A stretch of DNA of 44,061 nucleotides from Paraspadella gotoi (taxonomy: Eukaryota > Animalia > Chaetognatha). Both the position numbers and the translations under genes were made by a program. The notes beneath the pieces are model-generated. The model searched no databases. It was not told where the DNA came from and was given only the letters and a program-made list of their open reading frames with translations. The stretch spans positions 1-44,061 of the forward strand of contig JBJCIZ010000137.1 of the NCBI GenBank assembly GCA_051294375.1, given 5' to 3'. Shown in pieces: positions 1 through 12,685 of the stretch (position 1 is the first letter of the stretch; each line of letters opens with the position of its first letter).

Positions 1-783
1 TCCCACCTTCAGTGACGGACTACAGCCCGAAGTTCGGCTCAGTGGAGGAGGGAATTTTTCGTAGGAAAAGAATTCGAGATCGAGTGAAAATGAACGCGAG
101 TTTATTTCAGTAATAACGTCGAGGGAATGCGCGAAGGAATAAAATTACAATGACTTTTAAAATTGAACCACTTTGTCATGAATTCAAAAAAAGGAATGGA
201 ATTTTAGGCCGGTATATTATTTACATTTTTTGAAATTCAAGAGAAATTTTAGGTTCGATTTTCACTCGGCCACGTTAACAGAATTTCAAAAAACTATTGA
301 CAAAATAATATTCAGTGAGAGAATAGGCACAATAAAATTCTCAGGGTTAAAATAAAAAACATTTAGCTAAAACGATACTATAAAATTCACAAGATTACAC
401 TTTAAAATTATTAGTCAACTAATTCGCGAGAGTGAGTAAAATTTATTTATTTTTTTACACTACCAAAAAAATATTTATTTCTAATTTTGACAATTACAAT
501 ATTTTTACTTTTTACAAAAAAAATCGAAAATAGTTATCGATTTTCTGTGTGCAACGGACGGTGAAGTGCTCGCGGCATCGTCTTCCATATCGTCATCTCT
601 GAATGGGTTATATAAAACATTATGGTTTTCTTCTCATATAAAAAAAATAAATGCAAAATAATATTTGGTAGTTAGGATATGATTAAATATAGGATAATGA
701 GAAAAAAAATAATGTATGAAATTTTTTTTCCCTTATAATGGTCCAAGTTTATAAACCATTACATCCGTTTATCTGTTCACCCT

Positions 784-1142
784 TCATATCTTGTTGGTAA
801 ATTACTTGGTTCATAATATAATACATAATTATAAAAAATTATTCGAGACAAAATTTGAATTTGTATGTGATTGCCATAATAAGTATTCGAAATATAGCCA
901 GTGTCCGTTGTGAGGCGACACCCAAGAAATACGAACCATTTCACCTTCTCCTCACTTTTATATACTATTTTTCGTCTTCTACATCATTATAACTTAATTA
1001 CTCATAAATTACTTAAAAATATTAAAATTCATTTACACCATTAGATGAAGCATTATCTGGAAATCCTTATAATATAAATAATTATTCATGACAGTCAAGT
1101 CGGTCATATCTTGTTGGTAAATTACTTGGTTCATAATATAAT
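784..1142 (+). repeat. 39-bp exact direct repeat (784-822 and 1104-1142)
   Basis: tcatatcttgttggtaaattacttggttcataatataat occurs twice, 320 bp apart. Confidence 0.9.
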
Positions 1143-1161
1143 TATGATATAATATAATTTC

Positions 1162-1307
1162 AATTTCAAAATTCACAATAACGCTGATGAAGGCTTGAAA
1201 TGAAGCCGAAACATGTCTGTTTTGCATAAAAATAAAATCGTTATCAAAATTAAACTGAAACTGTCTCTCATCGTCCCAAACAACGAAAATAAAGGATTTA
1301 TATCACC
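1162..1307 (+). mobile_element. Penelope-like (pLTR/retrozyme-type) short insertion with 11-bp TSD
   Basis: Contains a hammerhead core, AATAAA and the family 3' end caacgaaaataaaggatt. Flanked by aatataatttc at 1151-1161 and 1308-1318. Confidence 0.75.
1180..1221 (+). ncRNA. Minimal type I hammerhead ribozyme
   Basis: aacg-CTGATGA-a-ggctt(gaaatg)aagcc-GAAA-CATGTC-tgtt: conserved core, 5-bp stem II, palindromic ACATGT stem III with GUC cleavage triplet, 4-bp stem I. Confidence 0.8.
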
Positions 1308-4159
1308 AATATAATTTCTATATAAAATATAAAAATTATTTCGAAGGCAAAACAAAGGATTACCAATACCAATAAAATTATTCAAAAAAAATTGAATCTT
1401 TCCCTCTTACTATACATCTATTTGTAACTTTGAACTTGAGAATGAAATTGATGGATTGATCTGAAATTTATGTGTGGCCAGGAAAAAGAGCTTAAGTCTT
1501 GGATAAAATCATGTTGTTAGAGAAATAAATTTATATTATAAAAAATAATTTTTAACCATTTAATTTTTTTCATTTTAAAAAGCTAAAAATATGCTAAAAC
1601 AACAATTAATAATTTAGTAACTAAAAACAACTCCAACGACTCTTTCTCTCTCTATCCCTTCTATATTTTTCTATTTTCTCCTTCTAATATATATTTCTCT
1701 TTCTCCTTTTGATCCTCTTCAATCTTTAACTTACCCTTTTCTCCAAGTCCTTACTTTTTATACTTTTACCCATTCCTAATTCCATCTTCATACCTGCATG
1801 TGAGTTTTGTTTTTATTCATAAAAGTATAAATGTTAACTTAACAAAAATGATAATTTTTTTTAAATCAGGGAAAAAAAATGAAAACTGACCTAAGCTCAC
1901 TGAGAAATTTTATTTTTACTTCTAAAATAAAAGATAAAAAAAGAAAAAAATCACATTGTAAGTAAAATCAAATAGCTACAAAGCTAATTTTTTTTTAAAA
2001 TGCTAAATTCGTACCCTAATTCCAGATCTTAAAATTCTTCAATGCTCCAAAATTTATTTTTTTCAAAATTACTTTTTCTCTATTTTTGGTACTTTATGAT
2101 ATAGAAGTTATAGTCCGAATAGTTTTAAAATATACACAACATGATTACAATAACATCAACTTAACTCAAAACGTCTTCCTTATTCTTTGGCCGCAACCAC
2201 ATAAGGAACACAGTAAAAGAGGGAAAGTCAAATATATGAAAAAAAAATGGGGAAAAAATTTTTAATTTTAGTTTTTAAAATTTAGTGATCGAAAACTTAT
2301 CGTTTTTTAATTCAAAAATTATCAAATAATGGATCAGAAGAGTAAGATCTTGGTCTTAGCTATCCATTTAGTAAAATAAATTCCATCATTTTTAAAAATT
2401 TTGGCCATTATGGTTAACTTACAAATCAAGAGAGTTTTGATAACGCAAACGCATTTTCAGAACACGCACGTACTTCGACTAGTGCAGTAGATGACTGAAT
2501 ACCGACCTGAATGACCTTGTTAGCGATATTGTAAAATTGAAAGACGCTTCTTCTTTACGCTTTGTGATAAGTGGTGGTAAATAAGTCTTGACAAGTCGGG
2601 GGTCATTCAAGCTGGCACCATGGACTGACAAATTTGTAGTCGTTGTGTCGTATTTTTTTAAATTTACGGGGTGAGAAGAATGCATAAAAAGTATTATACT
2701 ATAAATTCTAGTGCCGCACTCAATTGAGTCAAATTGAATAACAGTAACAATTAGCATTAGAAATTTATGAATAATATGCATACCATTTTTAATTTAGATG
2801 GACCAATTTTTGATTTTAATTAGAAATTCGAGTCATAAAAGTTGTCCAAGATACTTTTTAAAATTACGATAGTGTGTAAAAAAAAGAATCACAGATTTTA
2901 AACCTGAGGTGTTTTCATCGTTTTATTTTATTTTTCTTAGAACAAGTAATGTGTAAATTAAGGTCTGGTAAACCAAGCCGGTGCAGTATGATTTCATTCA
3001 GCTTAATTTTTGGCATCTACAATTTGTAGATCATTACAAAAATATTATTAGTTTCCGCCTTGATTTACGTATATATTTTTTCTAATATAGTAATATTAAT
3101 TAATTTACGCCTCGAGTAAGCTTTTTGAGCAAAAAAATGACTCTAAATCATAACAGGTCATGTAGATTCATTATTAGTCCTATACAACATAAATTTTCGC
3201 TTGGTATGACTAAAGTATGAAAATCATTGCTTCTTATTAATAAAAAATTTACGATATTCTTTATCAGAAAACTTATATCTTTACGTTTTAAGTATATTCT
3301 AATAAGAAAATTAATCAGAATATGATGTTTAAAAAATAAAAGTCTGTCCGACAAGTTGTTCCGTTTCATGAACCATACATTGAGCAACGAATTCTGCCTT
3401 CGAACTTGCTTAATCCTCTTTTCCTTTCGCGATTCGTCAAAGTGTCAATAAGTAAAGTTTCTCTTTAAAACGATCGGTTGTTCAGGGGTAAAGGGGACTT
3501 CCTTTCCATCGTCGGTTAAAGGCGAAAGCGAAAAACGAGTCCTCGGCTTGCTTAACGAAACTCAAAGATTCGAGATGCGAAGAAAAAAGCAACTTCGTTA
3601 AAAATTATTATTCGAGTGTGAAAACTGTGGAAAACCCTGATGAGACGCAAAATGCGCTCTCCTCTCTCTCTCTCTCTCTCTCGCGGCCTTATCTTTGTTT
3701 TTCAACCCCGACCCACGAAGGCGACGCCAAGCAGAAATGAAACCTTTTGTTTATGCTTGATTTTTTGTTTGAAGTAAATCTTACTTTAAGCTAACCCTTT
3801 TTTACATTAATATTACACCTTCGTTTTTTCGTTTTAGATAAAAAGATTTGGATCTGTACTTATACTTGTCTGCTGAATAAGACGTATAAGATTGTTTTAA
3901 TTTAGACTCAAATTTACAGTGGAGAGATAATATCAATTATAATAATTTGAGATAACTTTCTCTTTTTCTTTCATTCTCTCTCTTTCTCTTTCCATCTTTT
4001 CCATGCTTCTCTAGATTCACCTTTGCGTTGTCGTTTTGTTTTGTTCAGTTGTTCAGATCTCATTAAGCCACGAGAATCAGGGCCCTCTATTCGGCGTTTA
4101 CAATCGCGACTGCGACAAAACCCGCAGTTCTCCTACTATCTTCCCATTCCCTTTCGTCC

Positions 4160-4247
4160 GTAAAAGTCGCAGGTTCGATTCCCGTTCTTGAGGCCCAATG
4201 AAGTTGATCCCTTTTGGGTTTTGAGGTTAAGTGCGATAAAAAAAAAT
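4160..4247 (+). mobile_element. Probable 5'-truncated tRNA-derived SINE
   Basis: Pol III B box GGTTCGATTCCC at ~4173-4184, short body, then an A-run at ~4238-4246. No clear A box. Confidence 0.4.
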
Positions 4248-5856
4248 TGGGCTATGAAATCGGTACAGACCAATATAAAATTATCCATTCATTTAATAAA
4301 TAAACTCCGCCCAGGATCAAATACATACATCAAATACAAAATGTTCAGACATTTGACATTCTCATTTGAGCTGAGGTTAAAGTTCTGTGAGTGATTAATT
4401 AGGTTTTGGGTTAAGGTAGAGGATCTAAAGGAGATTACGGATTTGATCATGGCATTAGGGTTAGAAGTTAGCGTTGGGGAATGATAAAATTTATAAAAAA
4501 TATTAGGGTTGAACTATTGAAGGTCAATGGATAATAAGTTTGAGATTAAGGACCAGAAAACGGGGCGCTTTCGGAAAATCGTTGCCCAACCAACAAACAA
4601 CAGACAACTATCTAAAACTTTTGCAGACGCCGCGAGATGTCGCTTTCCGCCCTCCGTCAAAACTCCGTCGCTCGATTAGACGCCGTCAAGGAAAAAAAAC
4701 GGACGTGAGAGTTAATCTGTCGTGAGAATGTTGATGAGGCTGAAGATTTAGCGGTGACGCAGGATCAACGAGTCACGGATGTCGAATGACAGTCGATGTG
4801 ATTTCAATGTGAAAGTGAAATTCGATAGAACACTCTATTAAAGGTGCGACTGGGAGATGGCACGAGCCGGACAAAGGGGACAGATCTTCAGAGAAGTCCA
4901 GTGAAGTTGCCAGATGTGTCTCGGCATTGTTGCAAAAAAAAAAGACTCGTTGATGGACCGCATCTTGATTGGCCATTTAATATTTTCAGCAGTTATCCTC
5001 TCGATAGACCGACGCATCGACATTCTCAGAAATGCAAACGGCGCGTCGTAAAAGTGGCGGGCCGCGATGCCGAAATACAGCGATTTTAAGACTGGCGCCG
5101 CCATGTAAAGCCGGCGCGTGCCTTCGCTAGTCATTAAGTTTAAGAGATCGGGGAAAAAAAGGAAAAGCGATAATCGCGATTTTTCCTATTTTTTTTTTTA
5201 AAAAGGTAAGGATGATTAAAAATAAGGTCCAGTGCCGCGATTAGTATTATTCGTTCGTTAAATTTTGTTCAAAAAATCTTAATCTCTCTCCCGGACTTTG
5301 AAAAAAAAAAAAACGATCACTTTCCTTTCGTTAACTTTCCCTGGCGCTGCATCTCTTTACTCGTTCGCTTAAAGTTCTTTTACCCATCATTTAACCGAAA
5401 AGCAACGGACCCGCGCCGCTAACCCTGTCAAATTTACCATACTTTGCTTATCGTCGACTCTTTTTTACCTCCGGGGCCTAACGCATTTCCAGAGCTTTTT
5501 TTTTTTTCTTAGTTAGACTTTTTGTAGTTAGATCCTTTTTGTTGGGTAAATCGGAGAGGAAAATAATTAGCCTAATAAACCGTTGCACGATATCTCTAAT
5601 GATGAACTACCCATCACGCGCAAGTTTTAGTAAATACGTATGTAACGAATTGTAAATTAGTATTCCCAACACCTATTGTCTCATAACGTCCCCCAAAGAT
5701 CGGTCTGAACCGTTTTAAAAAGGAAAGTTTATGCTTGACTTTGTCGCAACGTTGCCAAGGTTCACGCCGAGAAATTCACAAAGGACGAATTCACGAAATT
5801 CACATAATACTACTTCGTTCTTCTTCAATTGTATTCTTTCTTCATTTCCTATGGTG

Positions 5857-5869
5857 TCTCTCTCTCTCT

Positions 5870-5917
<48 letters not shown>
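5857..5917. repeat. (CT)n microsatellite
   Basis: Seen directly. Confidence 0.95.
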
Positions 5918-5920
<3 letters not shown>

Positions 5921-6239
5921 CTCCTCTTTTCACGTCCGGCGCCGTCAAATGAGGCTTGCGAACCGATCTTTGCGGCGCTCGATTTTAAGGGCGCCAAGTC
6001 TCGTTCCACTTTAGCGTTTGGGGCGAAAACGAACAACGACAACGAAAAAAACGATGTTGTAGTTGAAATTAATATAATTATATATTATGTATAGTGATAT
6101 GTATATTTATAACCATATAAACTGGCCAACGATCTTGCCAGAATGACTCCGATTTCTAAATTTCTAATTACTAAAAAGTTTCAATGATGGAGTTGTTTGA
6201 CGCTTTGACTGTTACCCGAGAGGCAGAGATATAATTAAT

Positions 6240-6333
6240 TAATATAAATAATAAATAAATAAATAAATAAATATAATAAATAAATAAATAAATAAATATA
6301 AATAAATAAATTAAATAAATAAAAATAAATAAA

Positions 6334-6364
<31 letters not shown>

Positions 6365-6412
6365 AAATAAATATAAATAAATAAATAAATAAAAATTAAA
6401 TAAATAAATAGA

Positions 6413-6487
<75 letters not shown>

Positions 6488-6550
6488 ATTAAATAAATAA
6501 ATAAATAAAATAAATAAATAAATATAATGAATGAATGAATGAATGAATGA
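6240..6550. repeat. (TAAA)n microsatellite ending in (TGAA)n
   Basis: About 300 bp of aaat/taaa units. Confidence 0.95.
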
Positions 6551-6808
6551 AGATATAATTCGTTAATATTAAACTAATCCTATGGAACGAAGCAGTATAT
6601 AACCGATGCAAAAATGACTCGATGTCGAAGGGACTTACGAGTGGGGCGAAGGAGGGTGAGTCGCGAGGCTCGTGAATGAACTTCACTTTGGGCGTGGCCT
6701 CCAGGGGAGAAGAGGAGACCCATGGTTTTTTTTTTGTAGGCAAAATTTCGAACAATGATGTGAACTTTTTTTTGGAAAAATCACGTTACTATTTTTGGAA
6801 GATGTTTG

Positions 6809-6811
<3 letters not shown>

Positions 6812-6860
<49 letters not shown>

Positions 6861-6862
6861 AG

Positions 6863-6902
<40 letters not shown>

Positions 6903-7042
6903 GGTAAATGTTACAAGTTGCAACTTGCTTTCTTTTTTTTTACGGATTTGCATTTTTTCCGTCGGTTTATGGATTCTTTCCAGGGAGCTAATGTTACAAA
7001 CGTTTTTTAAAAAAGCGGGAAACGGCGATATTGAAGAGAGAG

Positions 7043-7112
<70 letters not shown>

Positions 7113-7272
7113 AAGTGAAATGGAGTCAGAGTCGACGACGTTGACGACGACGATGAAAACAACTTTGATTGATGACGACGACGATTTTCCGCTTTTTGTT
7201 TCTCTTCATTTCGCTTTCACTGACGACGATAGCGGCGACCGACGAGACGACGACGACGACGACGACGACGAT
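6812..7272. repeat. (AG)n tracts (6812-6900, 7034-7113) and (GAC)n tract (~7246-7272)
   Basis: Seen directly. These tracts explain the spurious ER- and D-rich ORF 6676-7275. Confidence 0.9.
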
Positions 7273-7399
7273 TAATATCTCACGGTCACAATGGTTGGCC
7301 ATGAAAGGGCTGCCATCGAGGTAAGGTTATATTTTCTGGCCGCACGACAACAACGACGACGACGACGCTTGATTTAAATTGTCCTTTCATGTACTTCGC

Positions 7400-7645
7400 T
7401 TCCTCACCTCACCTCACCTAACCTCACCTTTTCCTTTCTTTTCATTTATTCTCTGTTTTCCACTCTCCATTTTTTTCCTTTTCCTTTTTACCGTCTCTCC
7501 TTTTCCTTTTTTTTTCCTCCCCTTTTCCCCCAATTACACCATTTCCTCTTTTTTATCTCTCTCCTTTTTTCTTCCCTTTCTTTTCCTTTTTCTCTTCCCT
7601 TTTCTTTTACCTTTTTCTCCCTCTTCTTTTCCTTTTCCTTTTTCA
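7400..7645. repeat. Polypyrimidine low-complexity tract
   Basis: Almost entirely C/T over ~240 bp. Confidence 0.85.
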
Positions 7646-8220
7646 AAGAGGCGATTAGACGCGCTCTCTTTGCTGCTTTAAACTTTCTTCATTCATCATT
7701 TCTTTTTCATTTTTTATCATTTTTTTTTCTGCTTTTATCATTTTTCTCTTTTTATCGGCGAAAAAGTGAGATGAATACGAGGAAATGTCGACTCGCCGAG
7801 CGGAGACTTCATCTTAAAACCTGATTTTATTTCTTCTTTTTTTGTTTGAAAGTTAAATTTTTTTTAATTTAAAAATTTTGCAGATTGTTTAAATAAAAAC
7901 TATTGAAACATAAAAATTTACACAAGGTAAGAAATGTGATTAAGTTATAATTACGGGATGTAGAGAAAGAGACAAACTTCAATCAAGATCGCAGGAGAAT
8001 TAAATTTTTTTAAAAAATCTATCCAATTGGAATTTGGAATTTTGGACAATAGGAAAAAATCGTATTTAGTTTTCATATTGCGTATTGGCGTAACTACTTT
8101 CAAAGTTGACCCGCACCTCACTACGCTCTCCCAGATCCCCCCCCCTAACCCCACACCAAATCCCCCGGCGGGGGAATCGCGCGAACGGTTAAATCGCGGA
8201 TCTCATCAACGAGGACGGTG

Positions 8221-8222
<2 letters not shown>

Positions 8223-8265
<43 letters not shown>

Positions 8266-8291
8266 GCCGCCGCCGACGACGACGATGACGA
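8223..8291. repeat. (CCG)n followed by (GAC)n microsatellite
   Basis: Seen directly. Confidence 0.95.
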
Positions 8292-9799
8292 CAACTATGG
8301 CCGTCGGGATTGGCTATTCGACGCCGCTCATCCGAAACCACGGGGTGTTCTTGTAGCAACTATAAAATGTTCAATCGCTCTTTAACGTTTTTTTTAATTA
8401 AACAACTAATTTGATATTAAATAAATTTATAAAGTTTTAATTAACTACAAACATGCGATTATGGAAAAAGAAAAGAATCTCAACGCGACTGAAAAAAAAC
8501 CTCGACACAAAAAAAAAAAGAAAAGAAAATGAGACATGAAATTTCGACTTAAATGGAGCGAAACCCCGACGAGGGCGTCGACCGTGCAGAGGGTGCTGAC
8601 TGCGGAGAGCGTCGAGGGGATGTAAGGCCCACGAGGGTCAGGGGGAAAGTTGTTAGGGTGCAGCGCCCGAACCCTTTTCTCGGTTGGCGGCGTGAAGGTG
8701 AGGCAATTCATTTGGATGGCGTCAGGACATCGTGTTGTGTTTTTTTTTTTAATTTTGTGTGTCAAAAGTACGTTCTTCGTGACTTTGACTCTGCTGCCGT
8801 ATTAGAGAATGGACTCCCTGAATTGGGGCCTCAAGGGCACATGGGTGCAGCCTTTAGACTCCATTTCTTCGTCCAGTGGAAGGGTGGTCAACCGATGCCG
8901 TCTGTCTAGACAATAAAAGAGAGAAAGAGAGAGAGACACAGAGAGAGAGAGACCGTTACTAAATTGTGGCGCTCCTCTCGAGATAAATGGCCCGAAAAAG
9001 TTTCTCGTCTGAATCAAAAAAGAAGCTAATAAAAATCGCGAGGAGAGTGAATAGAAAATGTAAACATTACTATTGGTTATTCATCTATCTTTATCTTTGT
9101 TCTTTGTTTACTGAATTATGGAAAATTTAGTTATTTTTCTTCAAAAATGGCCCTCATTCAAAACCGCTATTTTGTGAAAAGAGTAATAATTTTGCATTAT
9201 TCTGAAAAAAAAATTTTCTATTATTAGCAAGACTAGAAAATTTTGCTAAATCACGATTGGGTGATTCTGATTCTGCGGCGATCCTCCGATGATACTTCAA
9301 CGCGGATACTTTAACCCTGAACTTAACATTCAAGAACTGGGATTTTTTATTCTTAGTGAGTATTTTTAGAAAAGATTCGTTATCAAATTAAAAAACCACG
9401 TGGGTAATAGTGAAGTCGTGGCCAAAGTTTCGTTCTTTGTTACTTAGTATTTAATACGTTTCGCATAATATTTGGTTAATGCCTAATGCCTTAATTGACA
9501 AATTAAGTAATTTTTTTAAAGAATAATTCTTGGAGACAATATCAGAAACAATTAGCAACTATGGCAACAGCCGGGTTGCCTGTAATGCCCATTGCCCATT
9601 GGCTTTGGGGGCTTCCGACCCTCAGTGACGCCTGCTGTAACTGGCGCGATTACCCTTGGACGGTCTCGCTTTGCCAACGCAGAGGAAAGTCGTCAGGACT
9701 GTGGATGAAACACAACGCCTGGGATGGTGTGATCTCCCACTGGGCCAATGGTATTGGCTGAACGATGGCGTGAGGTGGTGTGCATATACCGCCACACAA

Positions 9800-9945
9800 C
9801 AACGATTTATTTTCAGTGAAAAACGTACGTTTCGACTTTTATTACAAGTATTAATCAGCGTTAAAATTGAATTTGAATTTTCTGTGCAATTCTCTAATCT
9901 CTCTAATCTCCAATCTCTAATCACAACGAAAGAAAGGATTATCTA
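9800..9945. mobile_element. Penelope-like short insertion with inverted 5' half and degenerate hammerhead
   Basis: The minus strand of ~9826-9862 reads aacgCTGATtaatacttgtaataaaagtcGAAACGTACG. The plus-strand 3' end caacgaaagaaaggatt is shared with the other copies. Possible TSD acacaa at 9794-9799 and 9946-9951. Confidence 0.6.
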
Positions 9946-10028
9946 ACACAAGAATAAATCTGAACGATTTTTAAGAAGCATGAAACATTTCCCCTAAAAT
10001 CAGGTCTCTTGAAATAATAATATCCGAG

Positions 10029-10328
10029 TGTAGGAACAAGCGTTTATTGAAAAAGGAGGAAGTCACGGATGAATCCCGCAGAATTGGAATCATCGAATCA
10101 TGATTGGTCGAGGCGGAATCAGAATCGACCAATCAGCTTGCAGAACCAATGGAATTGTCAAAATAACTCTTGCCTTCGATCCTCCTCCTTAGATATAAAT
10201 AGACCTTGTTTCCTTAGTTTCAGTAGAATTGATCTGGACTCCTGCGTGTGTCTCACCGTCACCATTTTATTCTCAGAATAAAATCTCGTTTTTTGTATTC
10301 ACCAAAAACCCATGAGTTTTTCCTTAAA
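10029..10328 (+). mobile_element. Probable solo LTR (~300 bp)
   Basis: Starts TGTAGGAA and ends TTCCTTAAA (imperfect inverted termini). Contains CCAAT boxes, TATAAATA (~10195) and AATAAA (~10277), and is followed by a tRNA-complementary PBS. Confidence 0.65.
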
Positions 10329-10330
10329 TG

Positions 10331-10370
10331 TGGTAGCAGCGGTGAGATTCGAACCCACGCATCCGAAGAG
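10331..10370 (-). pseudogene. Reverse-transcribed 3' half of tRNA-Leu including CCA (extended PBS)
   Basis: The minus strand reads CTCTTCGGATGCGTGGGTTCGAATCTCACCGCTGCTACCA, i.e. variable arm, T arm and acceptor of a eukaryotic tRNA-Leu plus CCA. Confidence 0.8.
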
Positions 10371-10577
10371 ATATATTTAACTTTTGTCAAATCTGTTATT
10401 TATTTCATCATTCTTTAAACTTTTGTCATTTCGTCTCGAATTTTTGGAAAATATCGGTCATTGAGATAAATATTATTTTAATTTCATCATACATAGTAAC
10501 TAAAATAACGTGAGGACTCGCCACAGTTAAAAACATTCTTTGCCTTCGCTCGAAACAACGACCGTCCAATTTGGAAT

Positions 10578-11332
10578 ATGGATAAAGGTTGGAAAGAGAA
10601 GCTTCGAATTTTCAAAGTGGACGAAAAGGCTGATAACTCTTTTTGTCACAAAAAAGGTTATAAACTAAACGATTTAAAAATAAACATCGAATGGAACCAG
10701 GACGGCAAGGTGAGTATTTGAATTCAGAGCCTTGCTCTGATTTCGTCTCGTTAAAGTAAATTTTTTTTTTAAGAATTCTGCCGTTCGACCAGAAGATATT
10801 CGCTTGGATCGAATTTATTACTACAAAACAGTTAAAAAGGAGGAAGTTAAGAAATTGCGAGACATATCCTTCTTTACTGCAGCTAATGGCGTGGCCATGG
10901 TCACGGTGGTTTGCGGTGGAGGGGCGGTAGCTTGGCCTGTGACTGTTGTTCTCGGTTTGGCTCAGTTCGGAAAAGCTATTTATGATTGGAACCAAGAGCC
11001 CAAGAAAAACCAGATAAGCATTTCTATTCCTGACGATGAAATTGACTCGGAAGTGACCGATAACGATACCGGATTGCCGACGCCCTTTCCTTGGCAAAAT
11101 GTGTTGAATGGGGCTCCTGATAGCCATTTTCTGGTGGATAGGAATGCTTGTCAAATTTGGAATTATTTCTGTCGAAGCGTTGGCGATTGGCGAAAAAGCT
11201 TTAACGGCGATTCAAAGCCACCGTCGGTGCAGCGGGCTTGGCTCAGCAGTTGGTGGAGTTGCAACGGCCGCCATTGCAGATATGTTGCAAGCCCATGAAT
11301 TCCTGCTCTGTGAAGGGAAATTTTCGTACCAG
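10578..11332 (+). CDS. Spliced gene for an unknown membrane protein (one apparent frameshift near 11110-11120)
   Basis: Exon 10578-10709 (MDKGWKEKLRIFKV...WNQDGK) ends at GTGAGT. A 64-nt intron ends tttttaAG at 10773 and the frame stays open into ORF 10804. Hydrophobic Gly/Ala-rich segments follow (GVAMVTVVCGGGAVAWPVTVVLGLA; IAIFWWIGMLVKFGII; GLGSAVGGVATAAIA). Confidence 0.55.
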
Positions 11333-12516
11333 GTTGGTCATATATGTACCAATGTTGTACCATAATAATATCTTCTTATCTAGTGGTATCTACGTGGGGC
11401 TTTTATAGTCGGCATTGCCTAGGTTCACCCCGCCTATAAGCATGACACACTTATCCACACTTTTACAGGGACTGATACGAAAAAAAATTGTAATATAATC
11501 AAAACGAAGAACAATCAGGTTATAAAATTTTTTTCATACTAATAGAAAAATACTTGATTTTTTTTTCACCAATTTCGTAACATTCTAGCTAGGATAGCTG
11601 GTATGTTATAAACATTTCCTCAGGGGTAAATTTCTGAAGAAGCATTTTTTACTTTTAAATTTTTACTTTGAAAGTGGATCTTACTAATCAACTTCCTCAG
11701 TTTCCAATAAAACAATTAATTTTTTTTTCAAAAATTTTCATTTTTATGTCAGATAACCTCACAATCAGCGTTAATACTTGTTAAATTGTCAAAAACTGTT
11801 AAAATTTAAATGAAAAATGAGAGAAAAGTGATTCGAGCTTGAGAGTCACTGTGATTATACTATTAAGAAATTTGAAAATTTTTTAGGTCAATATAAACGT
11901 CAAGTAATTTTCTAACTAATAAATGTCATAAAAATAATATACAGTAAAAGAATTACGAATTTAATCAAATATTTTCATATTTCTCCCTGTACATAAACCC
12001 CGTCTCACCTAGCAAAGGCGCAGGGAGGTCAGGGGTCGAACCCGAGAACGAAGGATTGGGATGGTGCTCTTGGTCACATAAGATAAAAGAGAGTTCCCAT
12101 AAACGATCAAGGAGATGATGCTTTAGGCTTCACGGCCGAGAAAAATGGGGGGGTCAAGTACTTTTTATGGCACCATCATATTTAAAACTAATCTTCAAAA
12201 ATAAGAAAATATCCGATGAAGCAAACGTTCGCCTCATTGAGTAGAAAACTATATTTCCAACAGTTTCACACAGGAAGTTCTTATTTATTTATTTTCAGAA
12301 ACTCAGCAATACCAAAGTTACTGGTTTACTTTGGAAAAAGGAACATTGTATGTTACCCTGAGGGCATCTCGAAGAAAAGAAAAAGTTTTGGGAACAACGG
12401 CTGACGGTCAGTTTGTCTTGAGGTTTTAAAGCTTGCTTCTGTCGTTGTAAAATATTTTACGTGATTTGTAAAAAAGATAAGTATAAAAAATGTGAACAAC
12501 AAAAATTAAAAATAGG

Positions 12517-12685
12517 TTCCAAACGAGAGCCAATCGAGCTCATTGCGGACGAAGCGGCGAAACCGAACCAATCATTGGCGACGGCCATCGATTGGGTATT
12601 TGACAGCGAGCAGTTGAAGAAAGGTTATTCTCCCTTCGGGAAAAACAGCCGAAGTTTCTGTCTCGAGGCGGGGCAAGCATGGTGA
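12517..12685 (+). CDS. Exon-like fragment resembling the C-terminal half of a permuted papain-fold (PPPDE/LRAT-like) domain
   Basis: REPIELIADEAAKPNQSLATAIDWVFDSEQLKKGYSPFGKNSRSFC resembles the W...L...Y.....NC..F pattern, with Ser at the Cys position. An upstream FTAEKNG motif lies near 12140. Confidence 0.35.

Noticed and set aside
1-120. GC-richer start with short hairpins (ccgaagttcgg), possibly a transposon terminus
   Set aside because: No matching second terminus or TSD was found in the window.
3637-3660. CTGATGA followed by a small hairpin (possible hammerhead)
   Set aside because: There is no GAAA or stem III after the hairpin; it runs into a CT repeat.
4395-4512. TTAGGG-like motifs suggesting an interstitial telomere
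   Set aside because: Only scattered degenerate units, not a tandem array.
6580-6755. PLEATPKVKFIHE...FAPLVSP resembling a UBC/E2 fold
   Set aside because: Too short, with no HPN or Cys motif and no convincing splice sites.
5715-8356. ORFs rich in ER, SL, D, F or P
   Set aside because: They are translations of microsatellites and polypyrimidine tracts.
10331-10370. Functional tRNA-Leu gene
   Set aside because: Only the 3' half is present and it includes CCA, so it is a reverse-transcribed copy.
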